The translations under genes were made by a program, and so were the position numbers. Shown one piece after another: positions 36,677 to 53,004 of a DNA stretch of 64,000 nucleotides. This DNA is from the human T2T-CHM13v2.0 reference genome, Homo sapiens, in the NCBI RefSeq assembly GCF_009914755.1, contig NC_060932.1. One strand, written 5' to 3'. Within the stretch, counting starts at the first letter, position 1. Every line of letters begins with the position of its first letter. The notes beneath the pieces were generated by a model that was given only the letters and a program-made list of their open reading frames with translations, had not been told where the DNA came from and searched no databases.

Positions 36677-36801
36677 GAACAAAAGGAGAATTATGAGGAT
36701 ATTCAGTGTGCCACCTACAGAGGAAACTTTGTCAGAGCCCAACTTTTATGACACGATAAGCAAGATTCGTTTAAGACAACAACTGGAAATGTATTCCATT
36801 T
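36677..36801 (+). CDS. SMIM19: SMIM19 coding exon 2: (R)[41 protein letters not shown]
   Basis: Acceptor ttttgtgtttag|G and donor ATTT|gtaagt; 125 nt; phase matches both neighbouring exons. Confidence 0.95.
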
Positions 36802-37019
36802 GTAAGTATATTCTGTGCTGAAAGATACACATATGCACATTTAAAATAGATTTTCTGGAATTGAGTTCATTTAGCAAAATGTTATTAGAAATCGTAAGTA
36901 ATGAAAACTTAGTACTTTTTTCAGATGTTTAATATGTTTTTCAGATACTTATCCTTTGTTCCTTTTGTATTTTATACCATTTGCATGTGTTACTGGCTCA
37001 AAATAAGACATATAACTTA

Positions 37020-37785
37020 ATTCAACATAGCAGCATTATTCACAATAGCCAAAAAGTGGAAATCACCCATAAGTCCTCAGCCCATGAATGAATAAACAAA
37101 GTGTGGTGCATACAATAGAATGTTATTCAGCCCTTAAAAGGAAGGACATTCTGGCCGGGAGTGGTGGCTCACACCTACAATCCCAGCACTTTGGGAGGCT
37201 GAGGTGGGTGGATCACAAGGTCAGGAGTTCAAGACCAGGCTGGCCAAGATGGTGAAACCCTGTCTCTACCAAAAATACAAAAATAAGCTGGGCACACTTG
37301 CGGGTGCCTGTCATCCCAGCTACTCGGGAGGCAGAGGCAGGAGAATCGCTCGAACCTGGGAGGCAGAGGTTTCAGTGGCCTAAGATCACACCACTGGACT
37401 GTAGCCTGGGCGACAGAGCAAGACTCCGTCTCAAAAAAAAAAAAAGAAGTACATTCTGACATGCTACACATGGATGAACCTTGAAGACAGTACACTAAGT
37501 GAAATAAGCCAGTCACAACAGGACAAATATTGGATTATTTCACTTACGTGAGGCAAATCACAGAGACACAAAGTAGAATGGTGGTTGCCTGGGGCTATGG
37601 AAGAGGGGAATAGGAAGTTTAATGGGTCCAGAGTTCAGTTGGGGATGATGAGAAGAGCTCTGTGGATGGATGGTGGTGATAGTCCCAGCAATGCAAATAT
37701 ATGTAATGCCACTGAACTGTACACTTAAAAATGGTTAAAATGGTAAAGTTTATGTTATGTATGTTTTACCACATTAAAAAAAATC
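37020..37785 (+). mobile_element. L1MB-like 3' end with a nested Alu (37153-37446)
   Basis: catagcagcattattcacaatagccaaaaagtggaa...cactgaactgtacacttaaaaatggttaaaatgg; Alu TSD gaag.acattctg. Confidence 0.85.
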
Positions 37786-37835
37786 CTTTTAAAGAAACAT
37801 AAGTATTGTTTAAAAAAAAAAGTACAGAGCCTTGG

Positions 37836-38132
37836 GGCCAGGTGTGATGGCTCACGCCTGTAATCCTAGCACTTTGGGAGTCTGAGACAGGTGGATCACT
37901 TGAGGTCAGGAGTTCGAGACCAGCCTGCCAACATGGTGAAACCCCATCTTTACTAAAAGTACAAAAATTAGCTGGGTGTGGTGGTGGGTGCCTGTAATCC
38001 CAGCTACTCAGGAGGTTGAGGCAAGAGAATTGTTTGAACCCAGGAGGCAGAGGTTGCAGTGAGCAGAGATCACACCATTACACTCCAGCCTGGGGGACAA
38101 GAGTGAAACTTCGTCTTAAAAAAAATAAAAAA
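37836..38132 (+). mobile_element. AluS
   Basis: TSD aaaaaaagtacagagcc. Confidence 0.92.
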
Positions 38133-38324
38133 AAGTACAGAGCCAGGAGCTCTGTATGAAAAATTCTAAGTAAAGAACTAAGTTTTTATTGACACGTACA
38201 CAAAAGTTATTTGCTGTCAGTAATATGCTCAGTAACATAGCAGATACATTACAAACCCACAGTTTATTTCTTTTTTGATGGAAATGATATAAAATAAAAT
38301 TGATCCAAATTTCTGTTTGCAAGG

Positions 38325-38810
38325 TGTATCAGTTTTCTATTGCTACTGTAACAAATTACCACAAATGTAGTGGCTTAAACCACACGAACATGTTGTCTCA
38401 CGGTTCGGTGGGTTAGAAGCTCCACAGCAGCTGCACCGTGCTAACTTCAGGGTGCCTGCATGGTTCTGTTTTTCTAGAGCCTCCAAGGAAAATCCCTGTC
38501 TTTGCCTCCTCCAGCTTCTCAGGGCCATCCACACTCCTTGGGTCACAGTCCCTTCCTCCATCTGCAAAGCCAGGAGCATTGCATCTTTCTGACTATTTCA
38601 TGTCCACATCTCCTTCTCTCAGAACTTAGGCAGGAAAAAAGCTCTGTAATTTTAACGGCCCATCTGATTATGTTGGGCAGATAATCCAGAGTCATCTCCC
38701 CATGTCAAGGTCCCTACCTTAATCACATCTTCAGAGTCCCTTTTGTCTTGTGAGGTAACATAGGCACAGATTATGGGTTAAGATGTGGACATCTTTGGGG
38801 GCCATTATGC
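38325..38810 (-). mobile_element. MLT1 (MaLR) LTR
   Basis: tgtatcagttttctattgctactgtaacaaattaccacaaa...atgtggacatctttgggggccatta is typical of antisense MLT1. Confidence 0.8.
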
Positions 38811-39057
38811 TTATAAGCAGTGAGCACATGTGTGGATTTGCACATTTAATGAATCCCAGCATAATGGGTCCTTAGTGTTCGTGATATATTTTGTCCTGAC
38901 AGAGTCTGGTGGTTCCAAAGACACAGGCAACAGAATTCTTTTTTAAATAGAAGACTCCCGAAGTTGTAAGCTTTGGGCTACAAAAATCTGGATCTACCCT
39001 GAGTAGCATAAACAAATAGTATCTCTTTCTTGGCTAGTAAAAAACTTAGAAGAGATT

Positions 39058-40464
<1,407 letters not shown>

Positions 40465-40563
40465 TCATTGAGAATCATGACTTGACTGTAATGTAATATT
40501 GTTAAGTAGTAATCATTTTGCAGTTTTATTAATTTTATCTCTTCTTTTTCTTGTTGTGAATAG

Positions 40564-40628
40564 CAAGAAAGTACGACTATCAGCAGCCACAAAACCAAGC
40601 TGACAGTGTGCAACTCTCATTGGAATGA
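40564..40628 (+). CDS. SMIM19: SMIM19 last coding exon: (S)RKYDYQQPQNQADSVQLSLE*
   Basis: Acceptor after a pyrimidine tract (tgaatag|CAAG), TGA at 40626-40628. 134+125+65=324 nt, i.e. 107 aa plus stop. Confidence 0.95.
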
Positions 40629-40908
40629 AACCTCAGAAAAAGAGCAACAGAAGTAATTGTTTCAAGCTCCTGATTCTTTCTACTAAATCATGAACAGCTT
40701 TAAAAACATTTCTGTCTGCATAAAATTATTTTACTTGTAACTTTTCCCCAATTGTTCTGTGCATTGTTTTGCCTTTTTAAATTACATCTCCAAGTGGCTC
40801 AAAAGGCCTTGACACAGGGAACCTGCACATATCCAGGATATGTGTAACCAGCGATGGTGACTTGACCTTGCCAAGACCTGTGATTCCTTCAGGATACAAT
40901 CAGTGAGA

Positions 40909-40974
40909 AATAAAAACACATCTTGGGAAGTGGGAATCCTGGAGTTTATGCCATTTGCAATATTAAAAAATAAA
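40909..40974 (+). terminator. SMIM19: Proximal polyadenylation signals of SMIM19 (AATAAA 40909, ATTAAA 40962, AATAAA 40969); distal AATAAA at 41621 and 42061
   Basis: Hexamers read directly; T/GT-rich sequence follows at ~41000-41030. Confidence 0.6.
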
Positions 40975-41055
40975 AATGCAAGTTATTATTTCAATAATAA
41001 CTTCCTGTTTCATTGTATTCTGTGAGTGATAAGTGTCAGATCAATAACAGATTAA

Positions 41056-41194
<139 letters not shown>

Positions 41195-41721
41195 TATTCT
41201 GTTAACAGCTCTTTAATTAATGATCTTTGCTTCTTCAGAACTTGTATGGTAGACCGTCTTTTCTACAGCATGATGCATACTCCTGTGCTAATTTTAGAAG
41301 CTTTCTGTAACTAGATTTTTTCCTCATTATGCTCCCAGGAGCGAGTTTGTTTTTATCCCTGTTTCATTTCTACCAGGTAGCTCTACTTTAGGCCATACTG
41401 GGGACCTGCTGTTGAATAAATGGATGCCTGTGTATTGGTGTTGGCAACTCTGCGGTAGTAGTGCTACCACTGGCGAGGCAGTATTACTGCCACTGGTGAA
41501 TGTTGCTGTCTGGTTACTGCTGCATTTTTGGCATGCTAAGCTTTCCTAAAGAGCCTCATATCTTTTCCCATGCTGTACTGTACAATGAAATGTTTTTACC
41601 TAATTTTTCATGTTTATTTAAATAAAAGCTGACTGGGTAATAGTGGGGAAGTTTAATTGTCCACATAAGTCAAAAGAATCCGTTTTTGAACTAGAGCTAT
41701 TTTCAATTATAAGAGTGAGCT

Positions 41722-42018
<297 letters not shown>

Positions 42019-43706
42019 GTTAATAATGGCTTCAAGTATTTCCTTTTCCCCTTATTGTGAAATAAACTATATACATTTTAAATGGAAATTAAGGTTTAGA
42101 CCAAATAAAATCATTCAGGGAAATTGCATTTACTTTTAAAAATGTGTTGTTCAAAAATGTATATATAGTACAAAGTGAATTGACCAAACAGAATAATTCT
42201 TAACTCACAAAGGAGTTTGAGCGCACTTCCTACATGTTGAATTTAAATCTGACTAAAGGATTGTAAACAGTTGTAATTATGGGTTGTAGTAACAGAGCAA
42301 CAAGGGGACAATCTTCTAAACTTGCCTTTGCCTAGGAGAGCTACTGTATATTTCCACAAGTGAATTTAATCAGCAGTAGGAGTGGTTTACTCGTCACTGA
42401 CATGTGGCACAATCTGGACAAATTACACAAACTGGCTATCTCAGATGTGTAAAATTAATGTACATAAATAAACGTAAGTCACACAATGAATTTCCTTTGT
42501 GTCCACTAGATAGAGATGGTCCTAACTACAAACTAGTAGATTATTTGATGAGCATCAAGCCCTGGCAAGTGACAGGAGATGAATTCCTCTCCGTTTTTTC
42601 CTTAAAGCAAACTGATGGGAATTGCACACACCCCACTGGCAGGAACAACAGCAAGCCGGCTTTGAAGTCTCTTCCCTGCTTCAACAGCTGAATTGGGGAG
42701 AGCGCAAGCCCTGCAGCCACACTTCAAAGCGGCGCTGACTGGCTGTCCTGCTTCTACCCAACATCCACCTGAGACTCAACAGAACTGTTTTCTTTGGAAG
42801 AAAAATGGAACTACTAATAAGCTAGTAATTAACCCTTGTATTCTTTTTCTGGTTTCATCTTCCTGTTTTAATGTGTAAGATATTCAGCAGTAAGCACTGG
42901 TCAGCCTGCCCTGGTGCACAGCTTGAGTGTGTTAAATAACTGGCTGTTTAGCTGATGCCAGCCAGCTGCGTGAAGGGGAGAAGGCCGCCTCCAAGGACAC
43001 AGATGTTTGCTGTTGACCTCACGCTGTGTCTGGTTGAGTTATTCATGATTCATCAGAAAATGACATGCAAGGTTTATGGTAAAACTGCTGTACAATCAGA
43101 AGTATTTTAAGTATGCATTAGAAGTAAGATAAAATAGTAATAAAAATAGTTTCAGATGTTAAGATGATACAAGAATAAATTTAACCTAGAAAATAAAGGG
43201 AGAAGGAATAAAAGAACGTGGTATAGAGCCAAGTAATTCATTCAGTGGTTGGTTCTGGAGTGTTTCCCCTGTGCTTGCTGTATGTGATCCTCTTTCATAG
43301 GCTATTCTAATAGCGGAACTAGAATAAGAGGTGCCAGAAAACCAACGGAAATAGGAAGGGCACTGAGCTAATCTCCAACATGTTCACAACAGTGAGGACC
43401 AGAGGGCAGGGGCTGGAGCTCCGTGAGTGTATTTCCCACTTGGCTCCTTAATGAAGCCAGAGCCAAACTTAGACAAAGCTATAAAGCAGGAAAAATGTCC
43501 CACCTCTCCCTTTTACATCCCTCTTTATCGTCCCATAAGCCTGTGACTGAGACAGGTCTTGAATGAGGATTTAAGAATGGGAATGAGGAACTCAGAACTA
43601 AGGTGGTGAACCCTACACACCATAGCAGACATGCAAACTTTCTTTGACCTCTAACCCCAAATAAGTGGCATTCAGCATTGGACCTTATACAAATGAAACT
43701 GCTACT

Positions 43707-44013
43707 TTTATTTTATTTTATTTTATTTATTTGAGACGGAGTCTCACTCTGTCACCCAGGCTGGAGTGCAGTGGCACCACGTCAGCTCACTGCAACCTCT
43801 GCCTCCTGCGTTCAAGTGATTCTCCTGCCTCAGCCTCCTGAGTAGCTGGGATTACTGGTATGTGCCACCACGCTGGGCTAATTTTTGTAGTTTTCATAGA
43901 GACGGGGTTTCGCCATGTTGGCCAGGCTGGTCTCAAATTCCTGACCTCAGGTGATCCACCCACCTCGGCCTCCCAAAGTGATGAGATTACAGGCATGGCC
44001 ACTGCGTCCAGGC
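43707..44013 (-). mobile_element. AluS
   Basis: Full dimer. Confidence 0.9.
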
Positions 44014-44689
44014 TTACCTTTATTTTATTTAGATATAGTAAAAAACTAAGACCATTTGTGGAGGTTAGTAACACTCCACAATCCAGATAGGAAGGTGGGG
44101 TAAGTCAAAGGGAGGCCCCTCCCTGGCCCCAGTTTTGATGCTGAAGGAACACTGCTTTCACCTCCTTCAGGGTGATGTTTCTAGCGCTAGAGTTTCTTTT
44201 CTTCCAAATGGAGAAGTGACAGAGGTCTCACTGTTAGGAAAGAGTGACTCTATCTCTGGGGTTTTTATTTATATATATTTTGACAAATTTCAAACTAGCC
44301 AAAGAAAATTGAGAATTTTTAACTACAGCTGATTTGGTGGTGTTAACTGCAAATGCTTTTGGGCTCAGCAATCAGAATTTATTGAGAAAATGAACCACAA
44401 AATTGTAAAATGTCTATGAGACAACAAGTAAATGTACATGGTATTCCTTTAGTGGGTAGGGAGAAGGGATTGTAATGTCCCTGAATAACATCTTTATTTT
44501 GAGGTCTAAAGAACCAGGCCCATTCCAGTTGACTTTAGTTTTATATAATTCTTTATATCCGAAAGGATTTCTAGCACCTAGTATTGGCATAGTAACTAGC
44601 CCAGAGTAAATGCTTAGTAACTACTTGTTGAATTAATCAATTTACTTGTAACGGTTTATAGAGGTGATATTTTTATATGTTTTTTTTAA

Positions 44690-46360
<1,671 letters not shown>

Positions 46361-46891
46361 TACAGGCATATGAATGAACAGATGAGGAGAGACACGGATG
46401 GAGCAAGTGGGGCTTTTACCAAGTGGGGATCAAAAGCATGTAGGAGTTTCTTGCACTGGAACAACTTTTTCTATAAGCTTGAAGTTTATAAATTTATAGA
46501 AAAAGCATTTATGAATCCATTTCTTATTAAACCAGGTTTTGTTTTTCCTCTCATACCAATCATCAGTAAAATTGAAAAACAGGTGAGGTGTCTAAGGTGT
46601 CTTAGACAAGCTTAAGCTTCTTTCTTCTCTACTTAGTCCCATAGTATCCAATATCCTCCTATTCCCTATCAAAATCTACTTCCAGAAAGGAATCTAAAAC
46701 ACACTTCCACAAAAGTCTGCATGACTGATAACAGTCAAAGCGTTACACCTATAGGGCGTTTGGTCTGCATTTTAACAGAGAGAGGTTTCAATAGGAAGGA
46801 AATGAAGTTTTTAGACATTAGAGAGCAGTGGTAATTCTTAGAGATGAGAAAGTGTTTATGGCCTCTGAAATCACATCATGTAAGCAATTAA

Positions 46892-47647
<756 letters not shown>

Positions 47648-47726
47648 GTGATTTCACAGTTTTGAATCCATTTAAAACAGGGCTGTCAACTCTATTGTCT
47701 TATCCCCTTGAGACAGGAAGACAGAG

Positions 47727-48256
47727 TGTGTCCAGAATTGGTTCCTTCCGGTGGGTTCTTGGTCTGGCTGACTTCAAGAATGAAGCCGCGGACGCTTATG
47801 GTAGGTATTACAGTTCTTAAAGACGGTGTGTCCAGAGTTTGTTTCTTCAGATGTTCAGATGTGTCCAGAGTTTCTTCCTTCTGGTGGGTTCGTGGTCTTG
47901 CTGACTTCAGGAGTGAAGCCACAGACCTTCACAGTGAGTGTTAGAGCTCTTAAAGGTAGTGCGGACCCAAAGAGTGAGCAGCAGCAAGATTTATTGTGAA
48001 GAGCGAAAGAACAAAGCTTCCATAGTATGGAAGGGGACCTGAGCAGGTTGCTCCTGCTGGTGGCCAGCTTTTATTCCCTTATTTGGCCCCGCCCACATCC
48101 TGCTGATTGGTCCATTTTACAGAGTGCTGATTGGTGCATTTACAAATCTTTAGCTAGACACAGAGCATTGATTGGCATGTTTACAATTCTTTAGCTAGAC
48201 AGAAAAGTTCTCCCAGTCCCCACCTGACCCATAAGCCCAGCTGGCTTCACCTCTCA
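47727..48256 (-). mobile_element. 3' LTR (LTR12 family, 530 bp)
   Basis: Same termini as the 5' LTR; three CCAAT boxes, GC box, intact AATAAA (47990-47995); preceded by a purine-rich tract at ~48257-48268. Confidence 0.93.
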
Positions 48257-48299
48257 ATCCCCGTCTAAACAGAACACCCCAACTGCTGCTGGGAATTGG

Positions 48300-49371
48300 C
48301 CGATGACTGCTCTAGCTACTTCCTGCTGGATAGTGGCAAAGAAGGGGCCCTGCAGTTGTAGTGTCCTCCAGAGGGGAACTCTCTAGGCCAGTGAAAGGGC
48401 CAGCAGGTCAGTCCAGGGGTCCTTGGTAGAAGTTGTTAGTTGAGCTCATTTGGGGTTCCATTTGTAAGACCATCTGTAGCTTGACGGCCTTGATCCCAGA
48501 GGAAACAAATTTGACAAGGAGGTTAAAAATACAGGGCCTGAAGGTGAGTAATAGCAAGATGGCTGCCATGGGACCTAGAAAGGGGAGAAGCCACGTTGCC
48601 TAACTCCAGAGGTTAGTATGAGTTTGAACGGCATTGTCTGATTTCAGAAGCCTTTTCCTGTAAATGCCGGGCAGCACCTCATACTATCCCTGACTGGTTA
48701 GTGTAAAAACAGCACTCTTCCCCTAAGAGGTGCAGAGTCCTCCTCTCTCAGCAGTGAAGAGGTCTAGGCCTCAGCCGTTTTGGAGAGTTACTGCTGCCAA
48801 AGAGTCTATTTGGGATCATAGAGTAAGGATAGATTTCGTTATTTCTTGCAAACTGTCTGAGAAATCCTTTGAGAGTGTGTGGTAGTAGGATAATGAAGTA
48901 GATTAACTGGCTATTCCGGTTCCTGTAGCAGTAGCCATTACTAACTGTATAAGTAGGGGTATTAGTTGTATGGCTCTGCACTGACAGACTTGAGCTTTGA
49001 GGGGTACTGATAGGGTCTGATTTCCTGGGGCAATGTTAATGTTGGGACCTAGAAAGACTAAGGTGCAGGTGCCTGTCCAGTTAGTGGGGAGGCAGATATA
49101 GGTCGATGTTCCACATAAGAAGAATATACCTTGGCTGGGTAGACAGAACTGGTTGTATATGTTAAAAAGGTGTGTGAGTTTGTTGTTTTCATTTTCCCAT
49201 ACTCCTAGAGTACTTGCCAAGGTAGCCCCGGTGAGTGGCTGGAAAGGGGTGTTGGGGGCAAACTGAGTGGCTCCCTGTGTTCTATTTTATTTTTGTCCTG
49301 GCAGGAGCTATAGTATATAGTATGGTTAGTATGCTGCTTAATAATATAATGAAATAGTAAAAGGATTCCAT
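48300..49371 (-). pseudogene. env: HERV9 env remnant with most of SU deleted
   Basis: GIFFLCGTSTYICLPTNWTGTC; degraded furin site and fusion peptide RAIQLIPLL; immunosuppressive domain LQNG*GLDLFTAERGG; only ~1.07 kb long. Confidence 0.85.
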
Positions 49372-49429
49372 TAAAGGGGCAAGGAGAGGTGGTAAAGATA
49401 AAGATTGTGTAGGTTTTCACTTATCTTTT

Positions 49430-52400
49430 TTAAGGAGGATGGGGTTTTTCTTCAGGATCAGTGGTAGGAGCCTTTTTAGTCTGGGATGTTTCCTTCTGAA
49501 ATAGGAGATGCAAGTCCTCCAATGGTTCGCAGGTGTATTGAGGCTGGTCTGGCTGATCTTGGGACTCCTGAGCTGACGGTCCCACAGGTTCCTCAGGGGG
49601 TGTCAAAAATTTGACTTGGGTGTGGTGAATCCAAGATTCCACTCCTACCACCTTAACTGCAGTGGGGGTAGAGAGGATTACTGAGTATGGTCCTTCCCAC
49701 AAAGAGTCCATAGATGGGGAGGTAGAGGGGAGAGATTTGACCAACACTAGATCTCCTGGTTGAAACAACTCTGTACCCTTTTCTCTGTGACATCCTTCAG
49801 GTAGGTTTTTAAGATTTTGTTGATATTTTGCCAAAGAAGTTATATCTTTGGCCAAATTGGCCGTTTCCTGATCAAGTAGAAGGTCATTTGTGAGAAAAGG
49901 TCGTCCATACAGCATTTCATATGGACTGAGCCCCATTTTGTGGGGAGAATTTCGGATTCTCAACAAGGCCATGGGCAAAAGAGTAGGCCATGGGAGATGA
50001 GTTTCTTGTGTTAGTTTCCTTAAGTGCCTCTTGAGTGTTTCATTTGCCTTCTCGACCTTCCCTGAGGATTGTGGCCTCCAGGCGCAGTGAAGGTGATATT
50101 GTATCCCAGCACTCTGGAAATTCCCTGAGTTATCGTGGCTTTAAAAGTTTGGACCATTGTCACTCTGTAAGCTTTGGGGAAGCCCAAATCTAGGAATTAT
50201 TTCATGAATTAGGACTTTAATCACTTCCTGAACCTTCTCTGTTTTGCAGGGGAAAGCTTCTATCCAATTTGTAAAGGTATCAACACAGACCAACAAGTAT
50301 TGAAATCCCTTTGACTTAGGCATATGGGTGAAGTCTAACTGCCAGTCCTCTCCAGGATAGTGACCTATTCTTTATTCCCCCAAAGGGGCCTTATGATGGA
50401 CAAAGGGATTATTCCTTTGGCACACCTCACAGGCTTTGATGATCTGTCGGATAGTCCAGAAGAGAATTGGCCCTGTAAATAGGGATTTGGCCATCTGATG
50501 AGTGTTTTCAATACCCATATGAAAAGTTTGGTGGAGGATTTTAAGTATTTTCCACTGGCTGGTTTCGGGTATAAGTACCTTTCCTTCTTCTGTCGTTAAC
50601 CACCCTGAGGGGAGAAAACTATGCCCGGGTGAAAGTCCCCATTCTGTTTCAGTCAGGGAATACTGGGCTTAATCTCTTGGAGGGGGTTGTTCCATACCAA
50701 GGGTCCTTCCGTAGGTATTTCTAATGGGAGGTTCCGCCTGGCAGCAATTTTGGCCTGAGCATCTGCCTGATGGTTTCCTTCTGCCTTTTCTCCTTCACCT
50801 TTCTGATGGCTTTGGCAGTGTAAGACTGCCACCTTCTTGAGTTTTTGCACTGCATGCAATAACTCCATAATTTCCTTGTGGTATTTAATGGGGGTTCCCC
50901 CAGAGGTTAGGAGCTCCCTTTCTTTCCATATTGCAGCATGGACATGTAGGATTAGATAAGCATACTTTCTATCTGTACACACATTTATTCTTTTTCCCTT
51001 TCTCAGTTCTAAGGCTTGGGTAAGTGCCACTAGTTCTGCTGACTGGGGGCTGGTCCCTGGGGGAAGAGGCTTACTTTCAAGTATGGTTACTTCACTAACT
51101 ATGGCATAACCTGCCCTTCATATCCCATTTTCCACAAATGAACTTTTACTGGTATATAGGTTAAGGTCAGGATTAGCTAAGGGGACTTCTAAGAGATCAT
51201 CTCAGGTGGCATAAGTCTGGACTATAATTTATTGGCAGTCATGCTCGATTGGTTCCCCATCCTCTGGGAGAAAAGTGGCAGGGTTGAGGGCCACACACAT
51301 ACATATTTGAAGCACCGGTCCCTCAAGGAGTAATGTCTGGTATCTAAGTAGGCAGTTGTCTGATAGCCATAAGCTTCCTTTGGCACCTAGTATGCCATTT
51401 ACATCATGAGTAGTCCAGACAGTGAGATCCTTTCCTTGTATTATTTTGATAGCCTCTGACACTAAGATGGCCACTGCTGAAACTACCCTTAAACAGTGAG
51501 GCCAGCCTTTTGCTACTACATCAATTTCCTTACTTAGGTATGCCACTGGTGTGGGGTTGTCCCACAAGTCTGAGTAAGGACTCCAAGAGCTATCCCTGCT
51601 CTCTCTCTGTGATGTATAAAGAGAAGTTTTGTCCTGTGGGAAGGCTTAAAGCTGGAGCTTGTACTAGGGCCTGTTTTAAGGTTTTGAAGGCTCTTTCTGC
51701 CCCTGGTTCCCATTCTACTAGATGAGTATTTGCTCCCTGGGTCTCCTTGATTAGAGTATAGAGTGGTCTGGCCATCTTGCTGTATCTGGGGATTCATAGT
51801 TGGCAAAAGCTGGTGATTCCAAGGAACCCCTACAACTGTTTTAATGTCTTAGGGCAAGGATAAGCCAGTATAGGCTGTATTCATTCCTTCCTGAGGGTCC
51901 TGGTCCCTCTGGCTAAGATTAGGCCTAGATATTAGACCTGCTGTAGGCAAAGCTGGGCCTTCAACCTAGATGCCTTGTACCCTTGATTAGCTAGAAAGTT
52001 CAAGAGATCTAGAGTAGCCTGCTGGCATGAGGCTTCTGAACTGGTAGCCAAAAGTAAATCATCCACATACTGAAGGACCAGAGTGCCTGGACTTGAGAAG
52101 TGGCCTAGATCTTGGGTCAGTGCCTGACCAAACAGATGAGGGCTATCCCTAATCCCTTGGGGCAAGAAGGTCCATGTAAGTTGGGACATGTGGTCTGTGG
52201 GATCCTCAAAGGCAAAGAGAAACTGCAAGTCAGAGTGTGGGGAATACAGAAGAAGGCATCCTTGAGGTCCAGAATAGTGAACCATTCTGCTTCCTCTGGT
52301 ATTTGAGAGAGCAGGGTATAGGGGTTGGGTACAACTGGATATAGAGGAATTACTGCGTCATTGATGAGTCTAAGATCTTGCACTAGTCTCCACTGACCGT

Positions 52401-53004
52401 TCGGTTTTTGTACTCCTAGAATTGGGGTGTTTCAGGGACTGCTGCATTTCCTTACTAAGCCTTGAGCTTTTAAATGTTCAGCAATATCCTGTAATCCTTT
52501 ATGAGCTTCAGGCCTTAAGGGATATTGCCTTTGATAAGGAAAAGTGGTGGGGTCTTTTAGCCTGATTTGGACTGGGCAGGCATTTTTTGCCCTTCCAAAT
52601 TGTCCTTCCAATGCCCAGATTTCAGGGTTGATTCCCTCCTCAAGTAGAGGACAACAAATGGTTAACTTGTTCCTCTTATTCATATAGATAATAGCTCCAG
52701 CTTTGGCTAATATATCCCTCCCTAATAAGGGTGTGGGACTTTCAGGTATAACAAGAAAGGCATGTGAAAAGAGCAAAGTCTCCCAATTACAACTGAGGAG
52801 GTGGGAGAAATACCTGGTTATAGGCTGTCTTAGGATTCCTTGGATGGTAATGGACCTTGAGGACAGTCATCCAGGACAGGAGATTAACACTGAGAAGGCC
52901 ATGCCAGTGTCCAGGAGGAAGTCAATTTCCTGGCCCTCAATGGTTAAACATACCCGGGACTCAGTAAGGTTGATGACATGAGCTGGCACTTGCCCCAGGC
53001 ACTC
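49430..53004 (-). pseudogene. pol: HERV9 pro-pol (protease, RT, RNase H, integrase; disrupted)
   Basis: FLLDTG protease motif (52903-52911); RT LPQG...SP and YVDDLLL (~52060); RNase H (AHVHAAIW-like, HCQSHQKG); integrase LVCVDTFTNWIEAFP, LQSDNGP and WEGPY; several stops and frameshifts. Confidence 0.93.

Noticed and set aside
48300-49371. Syncytin-like or receptor-blocking Env next to the gene for a gammaretrovirus receptor (PiT2)
   Set aside because: env lacks most of SU and has stops, including one in the immunosuppressive domain; the adjacency is probably coincidence.
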